Assembly: GCA_045630965.1 (NCBI GenBank) | Contig: JAZQTU010000006.1 | Span: 16,567 to 80,566 of the forward strand | Direction of reading: 5' to 3' | Source of the DNA: Bacteroidaceae bacterium | Lineage (GTDB): Bacteria; Bacteroidota; Bacteroidia; Bacteroidales; Bacteroidaceae | DNA length: 64,000 nt | Shown: one piece after another, positions 1 to 9,197 of the stretch | Layout of the letters: each line of letters opens with the position of its first letter | Position numbering within the stretch: the stretch's first letter is position 1 | Notes under the pieces: model-generated | The model's input: only the letters and a program-made list of their open reading frames with translations | What the model was told of the DNA's origin: nothing | Databases searched by the model: none | Program-made: the position numbers and the translations under genes

Positions 1-105
1 TTCTGCTTATGCTTGCCTTGACAAAAACAAATGATTGGAAAACAATACAGGGTTATTTCAATGAGTATTGATATCTGTTTTAAGGTGTAAACAAATTTAC
101 AAATT

Positions 106-1272
106 ATGAAAAAGATTTTTTCTTTATTGTTTATAGCATTAATGGCTTCAACCGTTTTGGCACAGGAGAGTGAGAAATCTCTGTTTGAGCGTGTGGCTAA
201 AATGGAGAAGAAACAGGACTGGTTCAATTTCTACCTGAATATGCAGGGCTCGTTTGACGCAGAGTTCAACTATGCTGGCAAGAGTGGGTTCAATCAAGGT
301 GCTTTTTATATGCGCCAGTTCCGTATCGAGGCTTCCGGAAAGGTGAACGATTGGCTTTGGTACCGTTACCGTCAGCGCCTTAATCGTGGCAATGTTGGCA
401 ATAATATGATTGACAATATGCCAACTTCAATCGACTATGCAGCAATTGGTGTAAAATTCAATAATCAACTCTCGCTCTTCGCCGGTAAGCAGGGTGTGGC
501 ATACGGTGGTTATGAATATGATGAGAACCCAATCAATATATACCAGTACAGCGATATGATCGAGTATATGAGCAACTTTATGACTGGTGTTACTCTTACA
601 TATGATTTCAATCCTAACCAGCAGTTGGCTTTCCAGATACTTGACAGTCGCAACTATTCACAGGAAGAGACCTACGGCAACAACCTTGAATATAGCCGCT
701 TGCCATTGGTTTATACATTGAACTGGAATGCGAATATGTGTGACAGTAAATGGCAAACACGCTATTCGGCTTCAATAATGGAGGAGGTGCACGGAAAGTA
801 TATGTATTATCTTGCACTCGGTAATATGTTCAACTTCTCGAGCAAGTGCAACATGTATTTTGATGTAATGAGCTCGCTTGAACAGCTTGACCGTAAAGGC
901 ATTATTACTAATATGTGTGGCGGAAAGGATAAATACAATGGACATAATGCATACAATGCCTGGTATAACTCTTTTGTCGCAAAAGTAAACTACCGTTTCT
1001 TGCCAAAATGGAACTTCTTTGCAAAGGGTATGTACGAAACAGCATCGGTTTATAAAAAAGAGGGTTCGTTGAAGAAAGGTAACTATTCTTCTACTGTAAG
1101 CTATCTTGGTGGAGTGGAGTACTATCCTATGGAGGACAGCAACCTGCACTTCTTCCTTGCATTTGTGGGACAGACACATCTTTACACTGATATGGCAAAG
1201 GCTTACGGTAACAAGAATTATAGTACACAAAGGGCTACAGTCGGTTTTATATATAAATTGCCGATGTTCTAA
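106..1272 (+). CDS. Outer-membrane beta-barrel porin (OprO/OprP-like)
   Basis: 388-aa ORF with signal peptide MKKIFSLLFIALMASTVLAQ. Tyr/Gly/Asn-rich alternating strand pattern and an aromatic C-terminus (...YKLPMF) are typical of OM barrels. Family assigned by resemblance only. Confidence 0.6.
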   Translation: MKKIFSLLFIALMASTVLAQESEKSLFERVAKMEKKQDWFNFYLNMQGSFDAEFNYAGKSGFNQGAFYMRQFRIEASGKVNDWLWYRYRQRLNRGNVGNNMIDNMPTSIDYAAIGVKFNNQLSLFAGKQGVAYGGYEYDENPINIYQYSDMIEYMSNFMTGVTLTYDFNPNQQLAFQILDSRNYSQEETYGNNLEYSRLPLVYTLNWNANMCDSKWQTRYSASIMEEVHGKYMYYLALGNMFNFSSKCNMYFDVMSSLEQLDRKGIITNMCGGKDKYNGHNAYNAWYNSFVAKVNYRFLPKWNFFAKGMYETASVYKKEGSLKKGNYSSTVSYLGGVEYYPMEDSNLHFFLAFVGQTHLYTDMAKAYGNKNYSTQRATVGFIYKLPMF

Positions 1273-1307
1273 ATAGTGATAAAATAGAGACAACTACTAT
1301 TCAACTT

Positions 1308-2606
1308 ATGCTTTTACAATTATTATTTGTCCTTACATTCATTATACTCGGTACACTTACGGGTGGTATCGGACTCGGTGTAATGGGTGGTATGGGAGTT
1401 GCTGTGCTTACATTCATATTCGGGCTTGAACCTACAGCTCCGCCTATCGATGTGATGCTGATGATTGCTGCTGTTATTTCTGCAGCTGCGTGCATGCAGG
1501 CGGCCGGTGGCCTTGATTATATGGTGAAACTTGCTGAACGTATTTTACGTAAGCATCCACAGTATGTTACTATTATAGCTCCGCTTGTAACATATACATT
1601 CACATTCCTTGCCGGAACCGGTCATGTTGCCTATTCGGTACTTCCGGTGATTGCAGAGGTGGCTACGGAAACGAAGATACGTCCCGAAAGACCTTTGGGT
1701 ATTGCCGTCATTGCTTCGCAGCAGGCTATTACAGCATCTCCTATCTCTGCGGCAACCGTTGCGCTTTTGGGGCTGTTGGCCGGTTATGATATAACTCTGT
1801 TCGATATTCTCAAAATCAGTATACCGGCAACGCTTGTAGGTGTTCTCGTAGGTGCTCTTGCCTCGATGAAGGTAGGTAAGGAACTCGTGGATGACCCCGA
1901 ATACAATAAACGTCTGCAGACTGGTGAATTCGTTAACAAGCATGTTGAGTTGAATGATATCAAGAATGTCTTCAAGGCACGCTTGTCTGTCGTGCTCTTC
2001 ATTTTTGCCACATTGCTGGTTGTCCTTTTCGGCTCAATCCCGTCATTGCGTCCATCATTCAATGGCGAGGCTCTAAATATGCCGTCGTTGATAGAGATTG
2101 TGATGTTGTCGGCTGCGGCAATAATACTGCTCGTGACGCGTACCAATGGTAAGGCTGCGGCGCAGGGTAGTGTCTTCTCTGCCGGGATGCAGGCTGTTGT
2201 GGCTATATTCGGTATAGCATGGATGGGCGATACATTCATAAACGGTAATATCGGAGAGCTTACCGATTCTATAAAAAGTGTTGTAACAGAAATGCCATGG
2301 CTTTTTGGTGGAGCATTGTTCGTTATGTCTATACTGCTTTATAGCCAGGCTGCAACAGTACGCGCAATTGTTCCGTTGGGAGTTGCATTGGGGCTTAACC
2401 CAATGATGCTGATAGCTCTGTTCCCGGCTGTTAACGGATATTTCTTCATACCGAACTATCCTACATTAGTAGCGGCAATAAATTTTGACCGTACCGGAAC
2501 GACACGTATTGGTAAATGGATTCTTAACCACTCATTCATGATGCCTGGGCTTGTTGCTACAGGTGTTGCATTGGCTGTAGGTCTTTTGCTTATACAGATT
2601 TATTGA
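1308..2606 (+). CDS. dcuB: Anaerobic C4-dicarboxylate transporter, Dcu family
   Basis: 432-aa polytopic membrane ORF. The N-terminal half matches remembered E. coli DcuB/DcuA blocks (PPIDVML, AGGLDYM, GTGHVAYSVLPVI, IRPERP, ITASPISAA). Confidence 0.8.
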   Translation: MLLQLLFVLTFIILGTLTGGIGLGVMGGMGVAVLTFIFGLEPTAPPIDVMLMIAAVISAAACMQAAGGLDYMVKLAERILRKHPQYVTIIAPLVTYTFTFLAGTGHVAYSVLPVIAEVATETKIRPERPLGIAVIASQQAITASPISAATVALLGLLAGYDITLFDILKISIPATLVGVLVGALASMKVGKELVDDPEYNKRLQTGEFVNKHVELNDIKNVFKARLSVVLFIFATLLVVLFGSIPSLRPSFNGEALNMPSLIEIVMLSAAAIILLVTRTNGKAAAQGSVFSAGMQAVVAIFGIAWMGDTFINGNIGELTDSIKSVVTEMPWLFGGALFVMSILLYSQAATVRAIVPLGVALGLNPMMLIALFPAVNGYFFIPNYPTLVAAINFDRTGTTRIGKWILNHSFMMPGLVATGVALAVGLLLIQIY

Positions 2607-2629
2607 ATTGATATTTAGACTCTATTATT

Positions 2630-4108
2630 ATGTTTTTTACATCGGGTAATATACTGTTTGTCGGTTCTATACTGATATTCTGCAGTATCCTTATAACAAA
2701 AGCCGGCGGCCGTTTCGGGTTGCCGACTTTGTTGCTTTTTCTTGTTGCCGGAATGTTGTTCGGTAGCGACGGCTTGGGAATACAGTTTGACAATGTAGGA
2801 CAGGCGCAATTCGTGGGAATGATTGCTCTCTGTGTAATACTTTTTACAGGTGGTCTTGAAACGAAAATAGATGATATAAAGCCTGTACTTGGGCCTGGAT
2901 TGACTCTTTCTACAATAGGTGTCCTGTTGACTACTGCATTTACCGGTCTCTTCATATATGCTTTGTCGATGTGGAATGCTGTGTCATTCGAACTTCCTTT
3001 GGTGACCTGTTTCTTGCTTGCAGCTACAATGTCTTCAACCGATTCGGCGACTGTATTCAATATCCTCAGAGGTAAGAATATAAATTTGAAGAATAATCTT
3101 CAGCCGATGCTTGAACTGGAAAGCGGAAGCAATGACCCTATGGCATACATTCTCACAATTGTACTCATACAGCTTGCCTTGATACTGGGTTGTGCCGATG
3201 CTGGTGCTGTTGATATGCATGTGCTGGTAGTTGATTCGCTCAAGACACTTGTCCAGCAGTTTGCTATAGGTGCAATGATTGGTGCCGGCGCCGGCTTTGC
3301 GACCGTGTGGGTCATGCGTAAGGTAAACCTCAGCAATATACCTCTCTATTCCATAATGTTGATGAGCATTGTTTTCTTTACATTTGCGCTGACAGACATG
3401 CTTGACGGTAATGGTTATCTGGCTGTGTATATAGCCGGAATCATTGTCGGTAACAATAAGATAGATAGTCGCAGACAGGTGGTTGCTTTCTTTGACGGAA
3501 TGACTTGGATTATGCAGATAGGTATGTTCTTGTTGCTTGGACTATTGGTAGACCCGAGTGAGATGTGGAAAACAGCACTTGCCGCTTTGCTGATAGGTGT
3601 ATTCATGATGATATTCGCACGTCCGTTAAGTGTATTTTTGTCGTTGATTCCTTTCAAGGGAATATCATTTAAGTCTAAAATATTCACTTCGTGGGTTGGT
3701 CTGCGAGGTGCAGTTCCTATTATTTTTGCAATATATCCTGTGGTGGAGCACGTACCAGGCAGCAGTGCAATTTTCAACATCGTATTTTTTATAACTCTGC
3801 TTTCTATGGTGTTGCAGGGTGGTACTATTGTTTGGCTTGCCGAAAAGTTGTCATTGATGCTTCCTGCTGAGAATGAGAAACAGTTTGATGTTGAATTGCC
3901 CGACGAGGCCGGTGAACAGAGTGAGATTACTGTTACCAAAGAGCTTATTGCCGAAAAGGGAAATACGTTGCAATTGCTTGGATTGCCCAAGGGGGTGCTT
4001 GTGGTGATGATTAAGCGTGGGGACAGATATATCGTTCCAACGGGAACTGTTGAACTGCAACCTGGTGATCATTTGCTTACAATTGCAAGTTCAGATATAG
4101 ATTCCTGA
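2630..4108 (+). CDS. nhaP2: K+/H+ (cation:proton) antiporter, CPA1 family with C-terminal TrkA-C domain
   Basis: 492-aa ORF with a multi-TM antiporter core and a soluble C-terminal RCK-C-like tail (...VLVVMIKRGDRYIVPTGTVELQPGDHLLTIA). Confidence 0.75.
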   Translation: MFFTSGNILFVGSILIFCSILITKAGGRFGLPTLLLFLVAGMLFGSDGLGIQFDNVGQAQFVGMIALCVILFTGGLETKIDDIKPVLGPGLTLSTIGVLLTTAFTGLFIYALSMWNAVSFELPLVTCFLLAATMSSTDSATVFNILRGKNINLKNNLQPMLELESGSNDPMAYILTIVLIQLALILGCADAGAVDMHVLVVDSLKTLVQQFAIGAMIGAGAGFATVWVMRKVNLSNIPLYSIMLMSIVFFTFALTDMLDGNGYLAVYIAGIIVGNNKIDSRRQVVAFFDGMTWIMQIGMFLLLGLLVDPSEMWKTALAALLIGVFMMIFARPLSVFLSLIPFKGISFKSKIFTSWVGLRGAVPIIFAIYPVVEHVPGSSAIFNIVFFITLLSMVLQGGTIVWLAEKLSLMLPAENEKQFDVELPDEAGEQSEITVTKELIAEKGNTLQLLGLPKGVLVVMIKRGDRYIVPTGTVELQPGDHLLTIASSDIDS

Positions 4109-4244
4109 AATAAAGAGGTTGACTAAAAAGGCTCTTTTGTTGTTACGCTCACCCTTAAAATGCTCATTTACGTTTAGTAAACTGCGCTTTTTCGGGTTTC
4201 GCAAGCCTAAAAATAGTTCTTTTTATTCATACCTCGGTAAAGAA

Positions 4245-4285
4245 AGAGGGTGACCCAATTTTATTTTGGATCACCCTCTGTTTTT
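4245..4285. terminator. Bidirectional hairpin terminator just 3' of rnpB
   Basis: 9-bp stem AGAGGGTGA (4245-4253) / TCACCCTCT (4271-4279). A T-run follows on the plus strand (4281-4285) and TTTCTTT follows on the minus strand. Confidence 0.6.
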
Positions 4286-4636
4286 ACAGTCAGCCTATAA
4301 GCCGGGTTCTGTGCCCTTTGCAGGGTGTCTGTCATTCATCTATACTTTATGTCACCATAAAGCTAAAGCGTTCTACCCTCCGGCTCGGACGAGCTACCCT
4401 CAAGCGCCGGTTTACATGAACTTGCAGCCTCCAAGACGCACGGCACGTGCATCGCTGCACGCCCGGTGGGCTCTTACCCCACCTTCTCACCCTTACCTGC
4501 AGGCAGGCGGTTATTTTCTTCTGCGTTACTCTACTCTCACGAACAGCTTTCTGTTAGGAAGTGGAGTGCTCTGTGCTGCCCGGACTTTCCTCCTTTGTCT
4601 TACAACAACGGCGACAGACCGGCTGACTGTTGTTCC
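4286..4636 (-). ncRNA. rnpB: RNase P RNA (bacterial type A)
   Basis: The minus strand carries the universal GGAAAGTCCGGGC (revcomp of 4578-4590) and the 3' ACAGAACCCGGCTTA (revcomp of 4298-4312). P1 pairs ACAGTCAGCC (4286-4295) with GGCTGACTGT (4621-4630). End coordinates are +/-10 nt. Confidence 0.9.
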
Positions 4637-4762
4637 TTTCTGTTTCTGATTGCAAAATTAAGACAAAATCTCCGAATTTTCAAATTGAAATATTTGTTAT
4701 GCTCTTTTCTTTTGTTTACTTTTGCCTATAATGACTAATAATAACCTTAAAATATTACTCCA

Positions 4763-5833
4763 ATGAACACAATTGTTTCTCAATTCAACATTCAAGGCAA
4801 TGTTGTTGAAGTAGCTCCTCTGGGCAATGGTCTTATCAACACAACATACCGTGTAAAGACTGAGGGTGATGCTCCTGATTATGTGCTCCAGCATGTGAAT
4901 AATGCCATATTCCCTGATGTTGACATGCTCATGAACAATATTGTTGCTGTTACTGAGCATATTCATGGTAAATTGGTTGCAGCCGGTGCTGATGACATTA
5001 ATCGCAAAGTACTTAAGTTCGTTCCTGCAAAGGATGGTAAGTATTACCATTTTGATGGCGAAAAGTATTGGCGTGTAATGGAGTTTATTCCTGATACAGA
5101 GGGTATGACTGCTGTAACTCCTGAAACATCTTATATCGTAGGTGAGACCTTCGGTAATTTCCAGGCGATGCTTGCAGATATTCCTGCAGAACTTGGTGAG
5201 ACTATCAAGGATTTCCACAACATGGAGTTCCGTCTTCGCCAGTTGCGTGAGGCTGTTGCTGAAAACAAGGCTGGTCGTCTCGCAGAGGTGCAGTGGCTTG
5301 TTGATGAACTTGAGGCACGTGCCGAGGAGATGTGTAAGGGTGAGCGTCTGTATCGCGAAGGCAAGTTGCCAAAGCGTATCTGTCACTGCGATACCAAGGT
5401 TGACAATATCCTTTTTGACAAGCAGGGCAATGTTCTTTGTGTAATTGACCTTGACACAGTGATGCCTAACTTTATCTTCTCTGATTTCGGTGACTACTTG
5501 CGTTCTGCGGCTAACACCGGTAAAGAGGATGACAAGGATCTTGACAATGTCAACTTCAATATGGAAATCTTCAAGTCTTTTGCAAAGGGTTACTTGAAGT
5601 CTGCAGCTTCGTTCATCACTCCAATTGAGGTTGAGAACCTTCCATATGCAGCAGCGTTGTTCCCCTATATGCAGACTGTACGATTCCTTGCAGACTACAT
5701 CAATGGTGATACATATTACAAGATACAGTATCCCGAGCACAACCTTGTACGTTCAAAGGCTCAGTTCAAATTGTTGCAGAGCGTTGAGGCTCATCAGGCT
5801 GAAATGCAGGCATTTATTGCAGAGCAGATTTGA
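4763..5833 (+). CDS. APH-fold sugar kinase, NahK-like (N-acetylhexosamine 1-kinase family)
   Basis: 356-aa ORF with catalytic loop HCDTKVDNILFD (HxDxxxxN) and metal-binding VIDLDTV. The N-terminal LGNGLINTTYRV nucleotide-loop region fits too. This family is often mis-annotated as 'mucin desulfatase' in Bacteroidota. Confidence 0.65.
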   Translation: MNTIVSQFNIQGNVVEVAPLGNGLINTTYRVKTEGDAPDYVLQHVNNAIFPDVDMLMNNIVAVTEHIHGKLVAAGADDINRKVLKFVPAKDGKYYHFDGEKYWRVMEFIPDTEGMTAVTPETSYIVGETFGNFQAMLADIPAELGETIKDFHNMEFRLRQLREAVAENKAGRLAEVQWLVDELEARAEEMCKGERLYREGKLPKRICHCDTKVDNILFDKQGNVLCVIDLDTVMPNFIFSDFGDYLRSAANTGKEDDKDLDNVNFNMEIFKSFAKGYLKSAASFITPIEVENLPYAAALFPYMQTVRFLADYINGDTYYKIQYPEHNLVRSKAQFKLLQSVEAHQAEMQAFIAEQI

Positions 5834-5849
5834 TACAGATAAACCAACA

Positions 5850-5891
5850 AAAAATACAGCTCGCTTCGTTACTGAAGCGAGCTGTATTTTT
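5850..5891. terminator. Bidirectional terminator between convergent kinase and FKBP genes
   Basis: Perfect 18-bp stem AAAAATACAGCTCGCTTC / GAAGCGAGCTGTATTTTT with a 6-nt loop. A/T runs lie on both sides. Confidence 0.8.
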
Positions 5892-5904
5892 GTTGGTAAT
5901 GTAG

Positions 5905-6930
5905 TTACTTGCCGTTTACTTCGAGCAATTCTACGTCGAAACGGAGTGCTGCGTTAGGACCGATATCCTGACCTGTACCTCTTTCGCCATATGCAAGTTC
6001 CGAAGGAATCCACAATGTGATCTTTCCACCCTTGCCAATGAGCTTCATACCCTCGGTCCATCCTTTGATAACCTGGTTAAGACCGAACTCGATAGGGCTG
6101 TCCTTGCCAGCTTCGTCAGGACGGTATGTCTTCATCATCTCCTGACGCTGCTTAGGCATGTCGTTCCAACGGTTTGAATCGAATACTTTGCCGTTTACAG
6201 TTCTACCGGTGTAAAGAACCTTAACTTTGTCCTCGTCGTTGATAGGCTTGATTGAATCGCAACCAGCTTTTTCAATGATGTAAACAATGCCTGATTCTGT
6301 AACCTGTGCACCTTTCTTCTTGGCCATTGAAGCAAGCCATTCTTCAGACTCTTTCTTGTTCTTCTCTGGAATTACAACTGTGTAGTAGTTCTGCATGAAG
6401 TTCATAGCCTCTGACTGCTCAATCTTGCCTTCGCCATTGCGTGTATCCTCAATTGCAGCGAGAATCCATTTTGTTTCAAGTGGAAGACCGTATTCCGAAA
6501 GGCTGAAACCAATGTTTGCACCCAAAATGGCTGAAGCAATCTTCTTCTCCTTTGCGTCGGCAAAAACTTCTGTCATGCCTGTAGAATCCTGCATTGCAGC
6601 CATAACCTTGTCGTTAAGCTCGGGACCAAGATACTTCTGTCCAAGGTCATTGATTGTCTCCTTTGTAATGGATACACCTCCTGCCTTTACTTTCTCCTTG
6701 CCGAGAGCTGTCTCCTCAAGTGTCTTTATGATAACGTCATAATCAGCCTTGAGCTGTGGCATGATGCCGTTGATGATGGTGTTACCGATGTTCTGGCCAA
6801 GAACATAAGACAATGTATCCATTTCGTTCTTGTCACCCTTGGTAACCTTGGATGCTTTAAGGTAATCGTTGCATGACATTGCCATCATGGCCATTGCGCA
6901 TGCAAAAATTGAAATTGCTACTTTTTTCAT
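5905..6930 (-). CDS. FKBP-type peptidyl-prolyl cis-trans isomerase, lipoprotein
   Basis: 341-aa ORF with signal/lipobox MKKVAISIFACAMAMMAMSC. The C-terminal FKBP domain reads ...VIKGWTEGMKLIGKGGKITLWIPSELAYGERG...ALRFDVELLEV. Confidence 0.85.
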   Translation of the reverse strand: MKKVAISIFACAMAMMAMSCNDYLKASKVTKGDKNEMDTLSYVLGQNIGNTIINGIMPQLKADYDVIIKTLEETALGKEKVKAGGVSITKETINDLGQKYLGPELNDKVMAAMQDSTGMTEVFADAKEKKIASAILGANIGFSLSEYGLPLETKWILAAIEDTRNGEGKIEQSEAMNFMQNYYTVVIPEKNKKESEEWLASMAKKKGAQVTESGIVYIIEKAGCDSIKPINDEDKVKVLYTGRTVNGKVFDSNRWNDMPKQRQEMMKTYRPDEAGKDSPIEFGLNQVIKGWTEGMKLIGKGGKITLWIPSELAYGERGTGQDIGPNAALRFDVELLEVNGK

Positions 6931-6958
6931 GATATTAAATTTAGTTTATTATAATGTT

Positions 6959-7813
6959 TTACTTTTTCTTGTGGTATTCTATAAGTCCTGCCATGGGGCT
7001 TTCAACAATGTTTCCAATTGAAAGGCCAAGGCTTTCTGCAGTCTCCTTTATTTCTGTTGCAAAACTCATTCCAACACCTCCTATTATATGAATGGGGAGC
7101 CATGAACGGCGGTATACCATTGTGTTGCGCTGGAAGAATTGTGTAAAGCAATGTTTCAGCAGCATCTTAATTTCGGGGTTTTCCCTGTTTTCATGAAGGA
7201 ATGGTGTGAAACTTGCAAGCCAACGGTTGGGGAGTGGTGTGTAATATACTCTTTCGAGTATGCTTGCGACATCAAGTTTGTATTGGCTGAAGAATTTCTC
7301 ACAGATATTGCTTGGAAGCTGTTTTTTTATACAGTCACTTACCAGTTGTCTGCCAAGATGTGCTCCACTGCCTTCATCGCCAAGAATGTATCCCAATGAG
7401 GGCGTGTTGTCTGTGATTTTTTCTCCGTCGAAAAGGCATGAGTTTGAACCTGTGCCAAGTATACATGCTATGCCTTCTTCATGTCCGCAGAGGGCACGCG
7501 CAGCAGCCAACAGGTCACTGTATATATATATATCTTTAGTTGAGAAATATTGTTCAAGTGCATTTCTCATGCGGTTGTTGGCTGTTTCGTACGCGCAACC
7601 GGCACCATAGAAATAGATTGTTTCCGGTGCGTCAGGCTGTATGTTGCCTGCAAGTTCCGCGTCAAGTATGCTGTAAATGTCTTCAACGCTTTGCAATGTA
7701 GGGTTCAAGCCTTGTGTGTGGACTCTTGACACAACGCTTTCACCGTCATGCAAAACCCAATCAGTCTTTGTTGAACCGCAATCAGCTATCAGTATCATCT
7801 CTTTAATAATCAA
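6959..7813 (-). CDS. BadF/BadG/BcrA/BcrD-type ATPase (GlcNAc/MurNAc kinase-like)
   Basis: 284-aa ORF with ASKHA-fold phosphate-1 motif LIADCGSTKTDWV and GILGTGSNS. It sits directly upstream of ampG on the same strand. Confidence 0.7.
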   Translation of the reverse strand: MIIKEMILIADCGSTKTDWVLHDGESVVSRVHTQGLNPTLQSVEDIYSILDAELAGNIQPDAPETIYFYGAGCAYETANNRMRNALEQYFSTKDIYIYSDLLAAARALCGHEEGIACILGTGSNSCLFDGEKITDNTPSLGYILGDEGSGAHLGRQLVSDCIKKQLPSNICEKFFSQYKLDVASILERVYYTPLPNRWLASFTPFLHENRENPEIKMLLKHCFTQFFQRNTMVYRRSWLPIHIIGGVGMSFATEIKETAESLGLSIGNIVESPMAGLIEYHKKK

Positions 7814-7841
7814 ATCTTTTGTAAAGATAGTTCAAAAAAAT

Positions 7842-9122
7842 CTATTTCTTGCCAAAGTTAATGTCAATTTTTATTAAAGCTGATACTGCAAATGTTACGG
7901 CAGTGCATGCCATCACCCATATGAAGAAGTTTTCATACCCCAGCCATTCCTGTATCTTGCCTGAAATCATGCCTGGCAACATCATACCTAATGACATGAA
8001 TGCTGTTGATATTGCAAAATGCGCTGTCGGGTATTTTCCTTGTGCAAAGTATATCATGTAGAGGGTGTAGGCTGTGAATCCGAATCCATAACCCAACTGT
8101 TCAATGAATATGCATGTACCTATTATAGAGATGTCACTTGGCAGAGCCATGCTCATGTATACATAAACAATGTCGGGCAACGAAATGGCTATCACCATTG
8201 GCCATAGCCAATATTTCAATCCTTTGCGCGAGATACATATGCCTCCGGCGATACCTCCGGCAATCAATCCGATTATTCCTACAACACCATTCACGAAACC
8301 GATATCTCCGAGGCTTAAAGCCAATCCTCCGGCTTCGTGGCTGTCCATGAGGAACAACTTGCCGATTTTGCCCAACTGTGCTTCGGGAAAACGGAACAAC
8401 AGAAGGAATAAAATAGTAGTAACTATTCCCGGCTTTGTGAAATAGCTTTTTATTATATCGCCAAAATTTTCGAAAACGTTTGAAATGCTCTTTGTATTAT
8501 GGCTTATATCATTTGCAGGGTGGGGTAATCTCTTGTTGTGGTATATGAAAAGCGCAGCCATTATCGCAGCTGTGGTTATGAATGTCGCACTCCATGCCAG
8601 CGTGTTGTTGTTGAACTCTTTGGCTAGTCTGTTGGCGAGCATTACCAGTATGCCGGAACTGAAAACAGTTGCTATGCGGTAGAATGTGTTTCTTATTCCC
8701 GAAAAGAACGATTGTTTTTCCTGTGGTAGTGCAAGTATGTAAAATCCGTCAAGAGCAATATCATGGGTCGATGAAACGAATGCGCCAATCATGAATGCGC
8801 ATAAAGTCAATGGCAGGAAATAGGTAGTAGGCACAGCGAATGCTATGGCTGTGAAACATATTGTCAATGCAATCTGTGAATATAGTGTCCATTTGCGACG
8901 TGTACTTATTATTTCTACAAAAGGACTCCACAAAGGTTTTATAGTCCATGGAATGAGCAGAATGCTTGTGTACAAGGCAATGTCGGTGTTGCTTATGCCC
9001 ATGTCCTTGTACATGATGTCCGAAATAGATGTTATTGCATGGTAAGGAAGACCGGAAGCAAAATAGAGCGTCGGTATCCATAGCCATGCGTTGGCGCTTT
9101 TTGATATATTGTCGTGTTTCAT
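7842..9122 (-). CDS. ampG: AmpG-family MFS muropeptide permease
   Basis: 426-aa ORF with about 12 TM segments. The N-terminal LPYHAI...LLIPWTIKPLWSPFVE block is characteristic of AmpG/MFS_1-like permeases. Confidence 0.7.
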   Translation of the reverse strand: MKHDNISKSANAWLWIPTLYFASGLPYHAITSISDIMYKDMGISNTDIALYTSILLIPWTIKPLWSPFVEIISTRRKWTLYSQIALTICFTAIAFAVPTTYFLPLTLCAFMIGAFVSSTHDIALDGFYILALPQEKQSFFSGIRNTFYRIATVFSSGILVMLANRLAKEFNNNTLAWSATFITTAAIMAALFIYHNKRLPHPANDISHNTKSISNVFENFGDIIKSYFTKPGIVTTILFLLLFRFPEAQLGKIGKLFLMDSHEAGGLALSLGDIGFVNGVVGIIGLIAGGIAGGICISRKGLKYWLWPMVIAISLPDIVYVYMSMALPSDISIIGTCIFIEQLGYGFGFTAYTLYMIYFAQGKYPTAHFAISTAFMSLGMMLPGMISGKIQEWLGYENFFIWVMACTAVTFAVSALIKIDINFGKK

Positions 9123-9197
9123 GTTGCGAAGGTATATATAAAAAAGGAAAAACCTCGCATACCGCGAGGCTTTTCCTTTTTTATATATGGTATCTTC

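Noticed and set aside
4266-4738. Plus-strand ORFs of 127 aa and 90 aa (4266-4649, 4466-4738).
   Set aside because: They lie entirely over the RNase P RNA gene on the opposite strand. Their Pro/Arg/Ala/Leu-rich translations are what a GC-rich structured RNA gives. No start context is evident.
4697-5740. 347-aa minus-strand ORF antisense to the NahK-like kinase gene.
   Set aside because: The plus-strand frame carries clear APH-fold catalytic motifs. The antisense translation is low-complexity and Cys/Ile/Leu-rich with no motif. It is a typical shadow ORF.
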